NCBI GenBank assembly: GCA_021129515.1 | Contig: JAJOLD010000001.1 | Coordinates: 1 to 46,505, forward strand | Origin: Minisyncoccota bacterium | GTDB taxonomy: Bacteria > Patescibacteriota > Minisyncoccia > Phycocordibacterales > UBA918 | Length of the DNA: 46,505 bases | Direction: 5' to 3' | Part shown: positions 40,301 to 45,368 of the stretch, piece after piece | How the letters are laid out: every line of letters begins with the position of its first letter | Position numbering within the stretch: the stretch's first letter is position 1 | Notes under the pieces: model-generated | What the model was told of the DNA's origin: nothing | What the model saw: the letters and a program-made list of their open reading frames with translations, nothing else | Databases searched by the model: none | Position numbers and translations under genes: made by a program

Positions 40301-42081
40301 TTGAAGCGTCAGACACCAACGAAAAAACAGATAATGGACTCTATGATACAACCGATGTTGCAGGGCAGGGTGAGATTATTCGCTACCTCCAATATATCGA
40401 TACCAGTGCTGGTTCAGGTGATGAAACCTGTACGTACTTTGGTGTACAAGGCATGGGGAGTAACTACGGTATCTGTCTTGCACTCTTTGGTATTGACCGT
40501 ATGGCATTGGTTGAAGATGTCGAGTTTAACGATAGTAGCGGTACGGTGCTTGCGAGTACCACTGTCAGTTTTGTGACAGGATGGCACGAAGTAGAAATTG
40601 ACTGGCAAACCAGTGGCACTATGGATGTCACCCTTTCACGTAGTGGAAGTGTCGTTGCAACAACATCTGCAACCGATAGCACCTATACATCAGGTGGTAT
40701 TGGATTTGGATTCTGGTTCCAGAATGGTGGTTGGGATAGTTATACCTCTCGACCGCGCATGCAGACCGCACCAACTGTGTGGATTGGTGATGAATCAGTA
40801 GCAGGTGGTGCGTCTTGGGCTGCCGCACAAGATACCGAGGTGACCACACTGTCTATTGGTGATACCGCACGCGTACGATTCTTAATTGAAAATACTGGTC
40901 TTGATATTACCAATCAAAACTTTGAAATCGAGTATGCTGCGAAAGGAACTGCACCAAGTTGTGAAGCAGTGGCTGGCAACACCTATACGGCAGTACCAAC
41001 ACAAGCGTCATGTGGTGCAAATGCTATCTGTATGAGTACGTCAACGCATGTGGTAAATCTTGCTGCAACCGCTGATTTGCTCACGGGTGCAGCGGGTGAC
41101 TTCACAGCAGGTCAATTTGTAGAGGACGCCTCAACACAAACGAGCAATCTCGATGTCCTGACCGATGAATTTACCGAACTTGAGTACGCACTCACTCCAA
41201 CAAGCAATGCCATTGATTCAAGCTACTGTTTCCGAGTGACCAATGCGGGTACCGATTTGGATGCATACATTAGTGTTGCGGGTATGGTGCTCCGCTTTGA
41301 CCCCGTTATTACTGCACTCAGCTTGAATAATGGAGACGATATTGTATTAAGTCCCGGTGCGACCACCACCGTTTACGCAACGGGTACCGTCACTGACCTC
41401 AACGGTTTTGCCGATTTGGATGTTGCCACAGCAACGATATACAGAAGTGGGGTGGGAGAGACCTGTACTGAAGATGCTAATGATTGTTATCGAGCGGGCA
41501 ATGCATCTTGTACTTTGAATAGTTGTGGCGGTACTGCTTGTGCATTGGAATGTTCGGTTGATATGTACTACTTTGCTGACCCAACCGATATTGGTACCTA
41601 TGCCGGTGAAACCTGGCGGGCATTTGCTGAAATTGCCGACGTATCAGGCAGTACCGCAACCGCAACCGCACCATCTATTGATTTGTTGACCCTGCGCGCA
41701 ATTACGGTTGACGATAGTATTGCATACGGTGCTCTTGCGCCATCAAGTGATACCGGTGCCGTCAATGCGTCAACAACTGTTGAAAATATTGGTAATGATA
41801 ATATTGATATTAGTATTTCTGGTACAAACTTAACGGATGGTGCGACCTCAGAAATTCCAGTGTCTGAACAACGCTTTGCAACCTCGACCTTCACCTATGC
41901 GTCGTGTGTGATTTGTTCCACGCTCAGTACCACCTCGTCCAGCTATGAAGTTGACCTGTGGAAACCAACCACGACAACACCAGGAGTCACTGATGAAATC
42001 TACTGGGGTATTAACATTCCATTTGGTGTTGCCGGTACCGCACATTCCGGAGAAAACACATTCTCCGCAATCGCGGATTAG
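22366..42081 (+). CDS. giant (~6571 aa) acidic Thr/Ser/Ala/Gly-rich surface protein: DUF2341-like and LamG-like modules, FN3-like repeats, beta-helix-like repeats and a C-terminal pilin/WxL-like domain
   Basis: Uninterrupted 19.7-kb ORF with an N-terminal hydrophobic segment. Contains DGSDVRF/IYLYYGN-type motifs, WQHIVARYD..LYIDG..FDGRMDEIRIS, TYWWRVR x2 and YWSYATDFDG x3. Start is 22366 (TTG) or 22411 (ATG). Confidence 0.9.
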   Translation: MADILSGCFRLIVSVMRFFSKTTRKNNIIPLFTALYGTASAFRSGRRKIFAIYGLCMLCGLGMFAHAQLGQSTVTTIETVHVFPEQVTAVGWKNVESVVVQNLDEFALYQEFNKINSSYPDSDFFKKEIATQEKNPDTESESAETPEPVAVPQDIEVEKETEQSEVAASTSEAPAVVSDDTEVQATTTTEQVAEPVAAGTTDAVSDTDAEDTDTAETPAADDTAPVADTDALEVAEDEEPEAETETPAASDEQDTVDAPVAYTPVPFTSVFAALIDPMPFVSTATTVPFIDISQESVAYIEADAEVVEDVVLVDSTVETEVPVDASEDTPDTSVGTVPMATTTSSEADTIPTVTTETPHEEVVATSTIPTASEPSEAATTTESVVADVDTPHATTTTATATPVHGSVAEEVYASTTVSCDGACAFSSITLSGFGLPIFDEERALRGAQLRMSFAAQRKETRDVIQNMHVRYSFDDGATWIPGGDVFIQEDASNSLNGGYFLFALPQIADPALLDNLTVELVYRDNPAVLTGLFVDAVWLEVFTVSETVDPLLSVQELLKDNGFDAQPLSGDVLVLDDGTALQFDTTDENEDETLIIKSNDLIYEGLTKTTTYFNVTNTSNTKDTFTLQTYFPEDVGTVLALEEWNQNKEKEIVVPEYRPYIYHCEAGWERSDGSVESTLEDLSRALIEAVAETEADTATSTPASDAATTTEAIDVAESLTAATTTDDAPVPAPLDTDADDIDVPHSATTEIEAPVPDAVPLLQANLSLVSSATTTDDATATMDEAHPADEEIPAYVCRNTTIVRQCDVIEGDNTTCRVNNMKVATHEVTRYYGGWEESAITAGAVEKDTGVLHKVKQFFGFAARTKAVPDVFEARSYSETTYTIEPGETKYFKMDIEFPPLSRGEFWVEAIGAREYGLLDPFWSSEWKYRLPVMLDNTLGSDTLTDHQVRFTIPSTATDFWSNVNADGSDVRFVQEVPGTSDDTWYDTSWNTRMAITVQASEVDATLNNFPVYVDLATLGAEFFDAVRSDGGDIRVTAADGVTEVPYELVAIDTSAETGELHFQASSIASSVDTVFYIYYDNEGALGYARTDTYGSEQVWDSNYLGVYHLVETSAGVAGEFKDSTSNAHDGVGENTLPTPTTGFMGVGQNMQSGHIDLGAASRWTDIGTNDEFNLSAWINLDNSSSDYAIVSQWSGGGAGVLLWADAGGSGDGFCLYGGNYAPSDCQDQNDQSPGTWQHIVARYDSIDWSLYIDGAISGSGAVSQSLTQQPVGFSIGSVQADDNTHAFDGRMDEIRISSIDRGENWLESEYTNQSAPTTFYATSTPDELVTTQYSELDFWIQHFSTTTNEADVWVQVDTLAAGASTTIYLYYGNEDATMGSDAFSPFTYDTLTPTYYVLDDIATGPIQVYSYIDNNQVRIDDGTPVSLDAGEMTSFSTYSGSSTISALGPIAATIDAAAADSITPVAFASTTQAGPTNRNTSQWFVLSPFASSSVQTYIANSGTPDENFSVATGTVVTSNTDAGGGQSVILESSDPILVYHRESGSRDSFVLYPPTTDDLYGIDSNSVYVTALADDPDPTVYCSSGSSATVTGVTRGERQNVSTCVAAGEGVGDAVRFTGASTPFAAIQQADSDGSESTTFWPEYEFGTTYYIPTDMAYAAIVCAPRYGTTTLEIQPNGGGSALESATCVPGANIPGKAYFDNGRGGDTLAYAAGHMIVSTNDVPFYVIYEDDEEDNDETNILTNVQGRKFTKTPITAAFGAQEIIIDAEYTQHSFGWYENTDAETVTDAWSLGEGAYATEGVHITGQGAVNDDDVLRLRINALASAATGTATSSAFKLQYAVSDTCAVSSTSWHDVGAIGSTTAHFTGYDNASVSDGATLASTTLASSTVFATYEEENLSSRNPVDINPGAYAEWDWVIQSANASVNTNYCFRMVREGGQPLVSYTTYPELYTAGPPLQATTLVYFDNEHTADLDSVLDFTAVDAAGDDINYQVQIDTDPSFGSPVVDRNSLTNFLEFENINTPSDKAPFTSGNRIRFTSPTTLTASTTYWWRVRGRDPDGSNTYGTWSVPSSFTTNGAIVVSEWHQTTGHQFDTDTLVNLATSTGAVSLTSSPAVLTTSAIDFDDATVGNAWGAVTWSDTETSGTILYQIEYYDGTSWALVPDSALANNSIGNGTAPLNILGLDTDTYNQIRIVATLTGATLSIEDLTVQWGQRVNTPTLLDPFDNEKIADTTPEFTFTTTDPQLDDLVYEVSYSTDYIFVSSTTVNSSTTPADFANVSTPLDTNPYNSGDTIRYTIPGGAALTNGETYWWRVRAKDPAGGDAWSPWSDADALTVDTSVTVSTWFQTTQAQFAQGELDGLVASTSGSVGLNTEIGEYGKVIVDAEDWTTVNTTGSYNTPVVVASLRYAPQGETQRAVRVRNKTETSFEIKADDPNGVLTGTTTVDYLVMEAGDWTMADGAGGTRVIAGTFSEVSDVQGGGSYAGSGYGEDVAFSPPFASAPAIVATVSTENDASWVVAHLNDGNTRSNPPDASNMGIYLGRSALSAVHDPEDVDYIAIESGHGTNNGGEFDADVGSDSHNEPPVTAEAYNTAFSVAPEVIIVMQAAEQDGNGAWFSVYEDTAPTAANYYPVSDEAGDRNHTPEPVFAISFENASGVLVREASSGGGLSGTIYSEPIYFSDGAGPKFEEFLWSDSTPGTSTIRYQLEYLAGGSTWTLIPDTDLAGNSVGTTTAPVDLTGLDVVTYDTIRIVGTLACANGTCPELHDWTIAWSEGVTVSGTAQEYDRATAVTSGTVRIAVNGVLSANTGTIAGGTWSINNITAFAGDVITVFVDGAAEAQEAVNVFVYDGIGDMTGVALYEQHLALDADETATTTLAHLSTYDNSVSGDEDIFFDVDGLGDLTLCTAGACSRINLYIGAGNSFVPATSTAETLRVHDYVNDGFVALDGNTLEVSGSWENNANTQIDTSTVIFTASSTVETLADVSGTLSFNNLTFGNAASTAQWQSAYPYSIAGDLSVQYGTLDRASSTITVSGDITTGAAGIWSGVATTTFAGTAPAQWTDATTLGQDIGHVVIDGPALTVAAQSNVRASSIIIGADDTFDAGGTYTIAVLGDVTNNNIFTPRTSTLALVGASSVVTMNNSSLYTVHASATMSVAFTDTNIVVLDNFQIATGTVTLPTGTTTIGGSFSNIGGNFAHNNGAVDMVSTGAETIAQQGTNFLNAFYNLSFTGSGSWSFVDTAATTTNDFIITDGAVTLPSSQLTVGGAYRTEGSGSFAHNTGEVVLLVTASDAVTTNGSAFEDVRIRNAASGAWYDFDWTSRKAITIDASVIDATLTNFPVYVDLADLGSDFFTEVNADGGDIRITQSDGVTEVAREVVAINTGAETGELHFNATSIASTTDTTFYIYYGNSGASEPAASATYGSENTWNSNYEAVYHLSESGSTYSDSTSNGHDGTGEGTNPTVTTGVLGDGQDIASGRIDLGNGMNTDLISAGAYVVSVWVNLDTSASDQSPVSQYTAAGDFLFWADAGGGGTGFCHYNGTYMPSDCVDLNNQNVSTWQYLVARHDGSVGSVYVDGQITGVGDTSSTFAVDAGVRFSIGTQNGDSTARQFNGQVDEVRIVSSALSAEWIAAEYQNQATTTDFYTIAASEDVFARTFTEAAATVLGDITIESGEVVFPSGVLSVGGSFDNDGTFAANNGTVLFNSAAGSETIAAGVSSFATVQFNHAAGDFTITEHATATDALALVDAASFTVNSGLVLASQGAFTNTVGGASTTWTGTTLKLSSGGDVPINTTADAGDTYATLLTTGDTSVSMWNSAAGTYTTMDTASIYSQDHAGVDGDLYIFGTYTRDSGTEYWSYATDFDGTDLGTTSPRAVSVHVENGASVTIATSSFEMRGVAGASTTVDAQSGSFAITAAHATVTAEYFTMTGTDADGLALTSSTTVTTFDRFMFTIGAGVSAVTVDASTIDTNPAAQFFETGFVSGGGSANVTLSGSPTSFWWFRDGAGDRYGEAFDNADGNPGALRWDDSNYTIDISGTVYADDGTTTLGGPTCDGVTNVVRVVVDGGTYTDSVPCSDASGAYTLSNVAYVGDADLVVYLDTNGGVLGSVYTKTPTGNITDLNIYAHRVMTRHEDTAAMTIADMVHYDEDDDSDLRVSTATGSPDTVIVRADTELIIASSTTFAPSGTVTVESGGSGMAYDGSFHIDDNATFTASGTETHRVGGSFFRDTGSSFDAASTTFIFTATTSGKAITSVVSGDTAFHAVQFTGVGGAWNLNTDIALTADLTLATGTLTGTGNITLTQGAFTGDGSLSLGGGTVSIAEGSVLGGVNPWTFHNITLGTGTTYGTTTRASLATTTVGGVLTVTAGHVLDMGGSHWELAGAGTPLVLTGTLDTATSTVRYSASAATNIVSGAYYNLLLSASGNAPTYTAIGPGITVGNALTIGGATTTNVTFTTNDTALDVAGDMTIATTGVFVASDSGSFTLAGSYDNNGTFTAGDGTVTFDGVGSATVAAGSSAFATVLLTGTGDYTFSEYASATEAFSIGSSVGSFTLASGETLAVGGTFTNALGGASTTWSGSTLELAGGSNYAINAKTIADRYNTLVVADGTQIRMWNSSATTTMVLDTSSLYSMDHAGVDGAVYVYGTYTKTAGTDYWSYATDFDGTDLSGGDERAASVYFAEYSTTTYTGGGLQVLGTASATTTLQKQPPLASGVTIVDGFTSGTTKTISAGINRLLVVGIFAEDSATNADIDTVTYGGETMTEIHDEQITTVFTNAVWVGYLDETGMSAAIGNTISPTWVGGTPDSSVLYSSVVLGHVDQVNPISGWSADSAASVATLQATSSLSVADGDRTLYFTGVGSGGVTHTPSSGYTEGTEEDDTSAVAATAHRAITGSGTEYPTATWSSAVNHVVMLSLNVRFATPLASTYGLRIGGTASTTWSYYSIREIDADGLTFSGTPNVTSLSYGDFLVAHDGGSALTIGGTVINENPAKNFVANTFATSSTFATAYNVTATGTAISSWRFVSHVGDLAGESYDNDLGGDPGYVVWDDSAANITISGNVYSDEGSTVSSVCDGATNNITLRVAGLTSYTTSCNATTGFYQITGVAYGPTDTLTLYIDNEPENAANVTVAPVSSIGDMHLYENRVIVRHENTDPLTIADMSVWDDSDDGDIPFTAVDGGTDTLTLPADYKLIVWNNKTFAPAGNITLAGGGAGAAYDGTLALFADAQFAAADGENHSIGGSMVMDADAVFDAQESTMTFTTTAAARTIDTNEQPFYKLTFNGTGSWSIANTDLAVDSDLSITQGTLTLPSGTTTISGSMNAGGGSFAHNNGVVVFDSAGTGEVLLTGGSAFNELIFTGDGSWNMNDTHATATDRVRIANGAVRFPSGSMAIGADLTVHATGTLMHNNGAVWLTSTAPTTTVTLTGSDLYTLVANGDSELVFADTNVALQGDLTLLQGTTTAATGTLSIGGSFQNDASFSHASGTLYFNSGDTGETVSVGGDALHNVLFASAGGGWTMVTSATTTGNFSLTNATGYVQTSGTTLTVAGVFTNTVGGAATTWTNTTLRLTSGTDYAINTKAAGGDSYATIALADEMDVRSWNSSYTTVTLATSSLYSQDHASVDGDLYIYGDFTLATGTAYWSYATDFDGTVLTGGSRRAVDVFIASGSTVSVDGGSLYMVGDATATTTVQGVSGYTYPFSVASGLFDAQYYAFRNLNASGLHFADTPTINALSYGDFVLDVSGGSLITLSSTTLNANASMVIPGVRFATTSAISGVNVTLLGTTTNAWQFIGHSGNISGEAYDSDDGTNCGSIRWDDSSCLLTQQTGYRWRTDDGGLGVPDDEWLDTDWSKRRQIRVRNDDATTYTNMPVRVEVSYDSDMQTDFEDVRFTDAAGTTELSYWVERYTASTDATVWVLAPSLAASDITTIYMYYGNALATSSASGTAVFNAFDDFEDNDIAEYSGDTTLFQTDTTFNYNGNFGLEASDTNEKTDNGLYDTTDVAGQGEIIRYLQYIDTSAGSGDETCTYFGVQGMGSNYGICLALFGIDRMALVEDVEFNDSSGTVLASTTVSFVTGWHEVEIDWQTSGTMDVTLSRSGSVVATTSATDSTYTSGGIGFGFWFQNGGWDSYTSRPRMQTAPTVWIGDESVAGGASWAAAQDTEVTTLSIGDTARVRFLIENTGLDITNQNFEIEYAAKGTAPSCEAVAGNTYTAVPTQASCGANAICMSTSTHVVNLAATADLLTGAAGDFTAGQFVEDASTQTSNLDVLTDEFTELEYALTPTSNAIDSSYCFRVTNAGTDLDAYISVAGMVLRFDPVITALSLNNGDDIVLSPGATTTVYATGTVTDLNGFADLDVATATIYRSGVGETCTEDANDCYRAGNASCTLNSCGGTACALECSVDMYYFADPTDIGTYAGETWRAFAEIADVSGSTATATAPSIDLLTLRAITVDDSIAYGALAPSSDTGAVNASTTVENIGNDNIDISISGTNLTDGATSEIPVSEQRFATSTFTYASCVICSTLSTTSSSYEVDLWKPTTTTPGVTDEIYWGINIPFGVAGTAHSGENTFSAIAD

Positions 42082-42148
42082 GTACGTGTTTATAAGACTA
42101 TCAGTGCAATACCTTACATGATGCTACACTTATGTATATACGGTATGA

Positions 42149-42394
42149 GACGTTGGTTTTTTGGGTGGACTTTCGGGGATAGTTATGGGGGTAACCTTTG
42201 GAATAACTGTGAATATTCTGCTGAATGTCGTTGCGGGGCAGTTTGGCGGTCAGGCAGTTAATCTGTTTTCGTTTCCATTGCAATTCCTCTTATTTATTAC
42301 CATTTTCTCAGCAGCAGTGGGGTATTTAACCGGTATTTTCCCAGCACGACGCGCATCACAATTGAACCCCTCGGATGCGATTCGGTATGAATAA
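42149..42394 (+). pseudogene. C-terminal remnant of a MacB/FtsX-type ABC permease
   Basis: GFLGGLSG...GIFPARRASQLNPSDAIRYE; the frame is closed by TGA at 42146, so only ~80 codons remain. Confidence 0.75.
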
Positions 42395-42469
42395 GGTTCT
42401 GTGCATAACTCTCGTACAGAATTGTCAACAGTTCGATACAATAGTGGGTAAGTATATATTAATCATTGT

Positions 42470-44308
42470 ATGTCATATAACACAGATTATTTACGTACGG
42501 CGGGTAAAATAACTGTGTACACAACACTTGTAGGTGTATTGGTATTCGTGGCGGTGTTTATCTTTAACCTTGGTGCGAAAGAAATTCATGTCGTCGATGC
42601 GCAAAGCTCTGCAACAACAACGGTAACGGTGCTCAACATTGCTCCGGCATGGACCATAGACGCACAGGAAGAAATTGGTTCTTCCACAACCACGCCAACC
42701 AACGCTGGTGATGAAATTGCATGGGCTGCTGTAGGTACTGACTCTAATGCAGAACCATACTATTTGCTCGTGTGTAGCGACAATGCCACACCAACGGCAA
42801 ACTCTGGTGCTGCACCAGAGTGTGACCCTAGTGCAACGCAGTGGGCAGTGTCCACCTCAACGGTGAGTGGTACTCAAGCACGTGCCGCAACGACAACCCA
42901 AGATAGTTGGGCTGAAGTAAATACCTGGTATGCATGGATTTGTGACGACAACGCGGTCAGTCCACGATGTAATGGTACGACCACACAGGGTACGGGTACC
43001 ACCTCATCACCATTTGAGGTGAATCACCGTCCGTCATTTACACTCTATTCTGACGACTCTCCTGCAGATCCTGGCTCAGTAGTGACATTTACGGCAACCT
43101 CATCAGACACTGATGTTTCAGGTATACAGGACTCCGTACGGTTGTTTGTGTGTGCAACTGCTGGGTTTGACACGGTAACCGATGACTGTACGGGCGATAC
43201 ACTTGCCAGCACGACGTTACCTGGCTCCACCAGTGGTGTCGCAACCGCAAGCTATACCGTTGTTATTCCAACACAAGACGCCGACTTTAACGCGTACGGA
43301 TATATTATCGATAGCCACGGATTTGAAGCATCAGGTGGCGCACAGGGTACTGATGCAACCCTTACCGTCAACAATGTAGCGCCAACGGTAGACAGCTCTT
43401 CTATTAGTGTCAACGGGGGAACCGATATGGCACTTACCGTGGAGGCTGGGGAAACCACCGGATTCACGCTCTCATTTACCTCAAGCGACAACAATAGTTG
43501 TGATGCAGTTGGAGGAGGCGCTGCTGATGAAATTACTGATTATCAGTTGTCACTCTATCGTTCTGGAGTGAGCTCAACCACCTGTACACCAACAGGCACC
43601 TATAATGCAAACAATTGTTATCCAAGTGCTGTAGCGACAACGACATGGGACCTTGCATGTACCGCATCGACTACCTCATGTACGGGTGCAACTGATGCAA
43701 CTATGGATTGGAACTGTACATTCCCACTTTGGTACATTACTGACCCAACCGACGGAACAGCAACCTCAACGCAATACAATACTGAAAACTGGCTCGCGCA
43801 GGTACAAGCAATTGACGACGACTCTGCAACAGGAACACTCTCAGAAACTGATACTGGTGTTGAAGTAAACAGCTTCCTAGCATTTGCACTCAATACACTT
43901 TCTATTCCGTATGGTTCACTTGAACCAGGGCAACAAAACGACCCACTGGTTGCTACAACCACTATTACGGCAACTGGTAATGTCGGACTTGATAAAGATG
44001 TGGAAGGTGAGTCGATGTGTACCACCTACACCTCAGCAACTGAGTGTCCAAACTCTGCAAGTTCCACTATTCCAGCATCAGAACAACGATTTAGTACTAC
44101 GTCATCAACCTACGCTGCAGCGACTGCACTATCCTCAACAACACCGCAAGAAGTTGAAATAAACGTACCAAAATCAACCGCAACCTCCTCAACCGCAACT
44201 GCAGATGCATACTGGGGTATTCGAATTCCCGTATCCATCACCCATGCAGGTGACTACACCGGTGAAAACACCTTTACGGCAAAGGTCGGTGAGTCTGTAG
44301 ACTGGTAG
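42470..44308 (+). CDS. secreted pilin/WxL-like subunit 2 with tandem Cys-containing Ig-like domains; C-terminus homologous to the giant protein
   Basis: Signal/TM segment, domain starts LNIAP, VNHRP and NNVAP, and a C-terminal IPASEQRF...YWGIRIP...YTGENTFTA. Confidence 0.85.
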   Translation: MSYNTDYLRTAGKITVYTTLVGVLVFVAVFIFNLGAKEIHVVDAQSSATTTVTVLNIAPAWTIDAQEEIGSSTTTPTNAGDEIAWAAVGTDSNAEPYYLLVCSDNATPTANSGAAPECDPSATQWAVSTSTVSGTQARAATTTQDSWAEVNTWYAWICDDNAVSPRCNGTTTQGTGTTSSPFEVNHRPSFTLYSDDSPADPGSVVTFTATSSDTDVSGIQDSVRLFVCATAGFDTVTDDCTGDTLASTTLPGSTSGVATASYTVVIPTQDADFNAYGYIIDSHGFEASGGAQGTDATLTVNNVAPTVDSSSISVNGGTDMALTVEAGETTGFTLSFTSSDNNSCDAVGGGAADEITDYQLSLYRSGVSSTTCTPTGTYNANNCYPSAVATTTWDLACTASTTSCTGATDATMDWNCTFPLWYITDPTDGTATSTQYNTENWLAQVQAIDDDSATGTLSETDTGVEVNSFLAFALNTLSIPYGSLEPGQQNDPLVATTTITATGNVGLDKDVEGESMCTTYTSATECPNSASSTIPASEQRFSTTSSTYAAATALSSTTPQEVEINVPKSTATSSTATADAYWGIRIPVSITHAGDYTGENTFTAKVGESVDW

Positions 44309-44334
44309 CGCACACTGAAAAGTGTCACACAACA

Positions 44335-44370
44335 CAAGAACCACTGTTATGCAGCAGTGGTTCTTGCTTT
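44335..44370 (+). terminator. intrinsic terminator-like hairpin
   Basis: caagaaccactg...cagtggttcttg followed by ctttt. Confidence 0.65.
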
Positions 44371-44428
44371 TGCGGCTTAGGTATTTGATAATTAGGAAGT
44401 GTGCGCGTCATGCACCAGCTTTTTTTGA

Positions 44429-45367
44429 ATGATGAAAACCATTCGCTCATTCTTTTATATATGCTTGCTCTTTGTGTTATGCGCCCGTGGTGTTGATGCC
44501 GGCTTTGGTATTACGCCGCCGTATCTGACAAACACAAGTCTGACTCGTAACTCTGTGTATGAACAGACTATTCTTTTGGTGCGTAGTAACCCGGTTGATG
44601 ATTTGAAGGCAACCATTACACTCGATGTTCCTGGTGTTAATGAATGGTTTGAAATTGTGGAGGGGCAAGAATTTCTCTTGCCAAAAGGCGAGCAAAAAGT
44701 GCCTATGACGGTGCGAGTGACCGTGCCTGGTGACGCTGACTATAAAAAATACACCGGTGATATCCGTATCAAAACAGGTGCCCCAGATGACCAAGTAACC
44801 TCGGGTGCGGTGAGTATTTCTTTGGGTGCACAAGTCGACGTTGATATTACCGTTATAGATAAAGTTATTAAAGATTTTAAAATTAGAAAGATTGGTATCT
44901 CCGATTTAAATGAAGGGCACGCCGTGGGATGGCTCTACTTCCCAGGAAAGATTCGATTTGAGATGAAGCTCGAAAACCTCGGTAACGTACCCGTTGCGCC
45001 TTCAGAGGTTGTATTCAGAATGTATGACTCTTCGGGAACGGTCCTCATTGAGGAAACAAAAAATAAAGGTCGTATTGCTGAGGTAGATCCATTTGAAATT
45101 GATACTGTATATGCAGAAATACCAACTAAACTACCAGCAGGAAATTATCTCGCCCGGTTTGAAATTAAAAATGAGGATGACATAAAACGAGAAGGGGAAT
45201 TGAGTGTGAGTATCTTGCCCTATGGTACATTGCAAACAGCAGGATTTGGATTCACGGGTCTTTCGTTACCACACAAATTATCAGTCATCCTGCCAGTACT
45301 CTTCTTGCTCGTACTCATTGCACTCTTTAGTGTACGGGTAGCCTCTGGGCGTAAGCGACGGCGTTGA
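44429..45367 (+). CDS. membrane-anchored two-Ig-domain protein (DUF916/PapD-like), paralog of 14782
   Basis: Signal peptide, GFGITPPYL, EWFEI..FLLPKGEQKVPMTVRVTVPGDA and LENLGNVPVAP, then a C-terminal TM and KRRR. Confidence 0.75.
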   Translation: MMKTIRSFFYICLLFVLCARGVDAGFGITPPYLTNTSLTRNSVYEQTILLVRSNPVDDLKATITLDVPGVNEWFEIVEGQEFLLPKGEQKVPMTVRVTVPGDADYKKYTGDIRIKTGAPDDQVTSGAVSISLGAQVDVDITVIDKVIKDFKIRKIGISDLNEGHAVGWLYFPGKIRFEMKLENLGNVPVAPSEVVFRMYDSSGTVLIEETKNKGRIAEVDPFEIDTVYAEIPTKLPAGNYLARFEIKNEDDIKREGELSVSILPYGTLQTAGFGFTGLSLPHKLSVILPVLFLLVLIALFSVRVASGRKRRR

Positions 45368-45368
45368 T

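Noticed and set aside
22654-42045. Many antisense and alternate-frame ORFs inside the giant gene
   Set aside because: Shadow ORFs produced by biased codon usage; no recognisable motifs.
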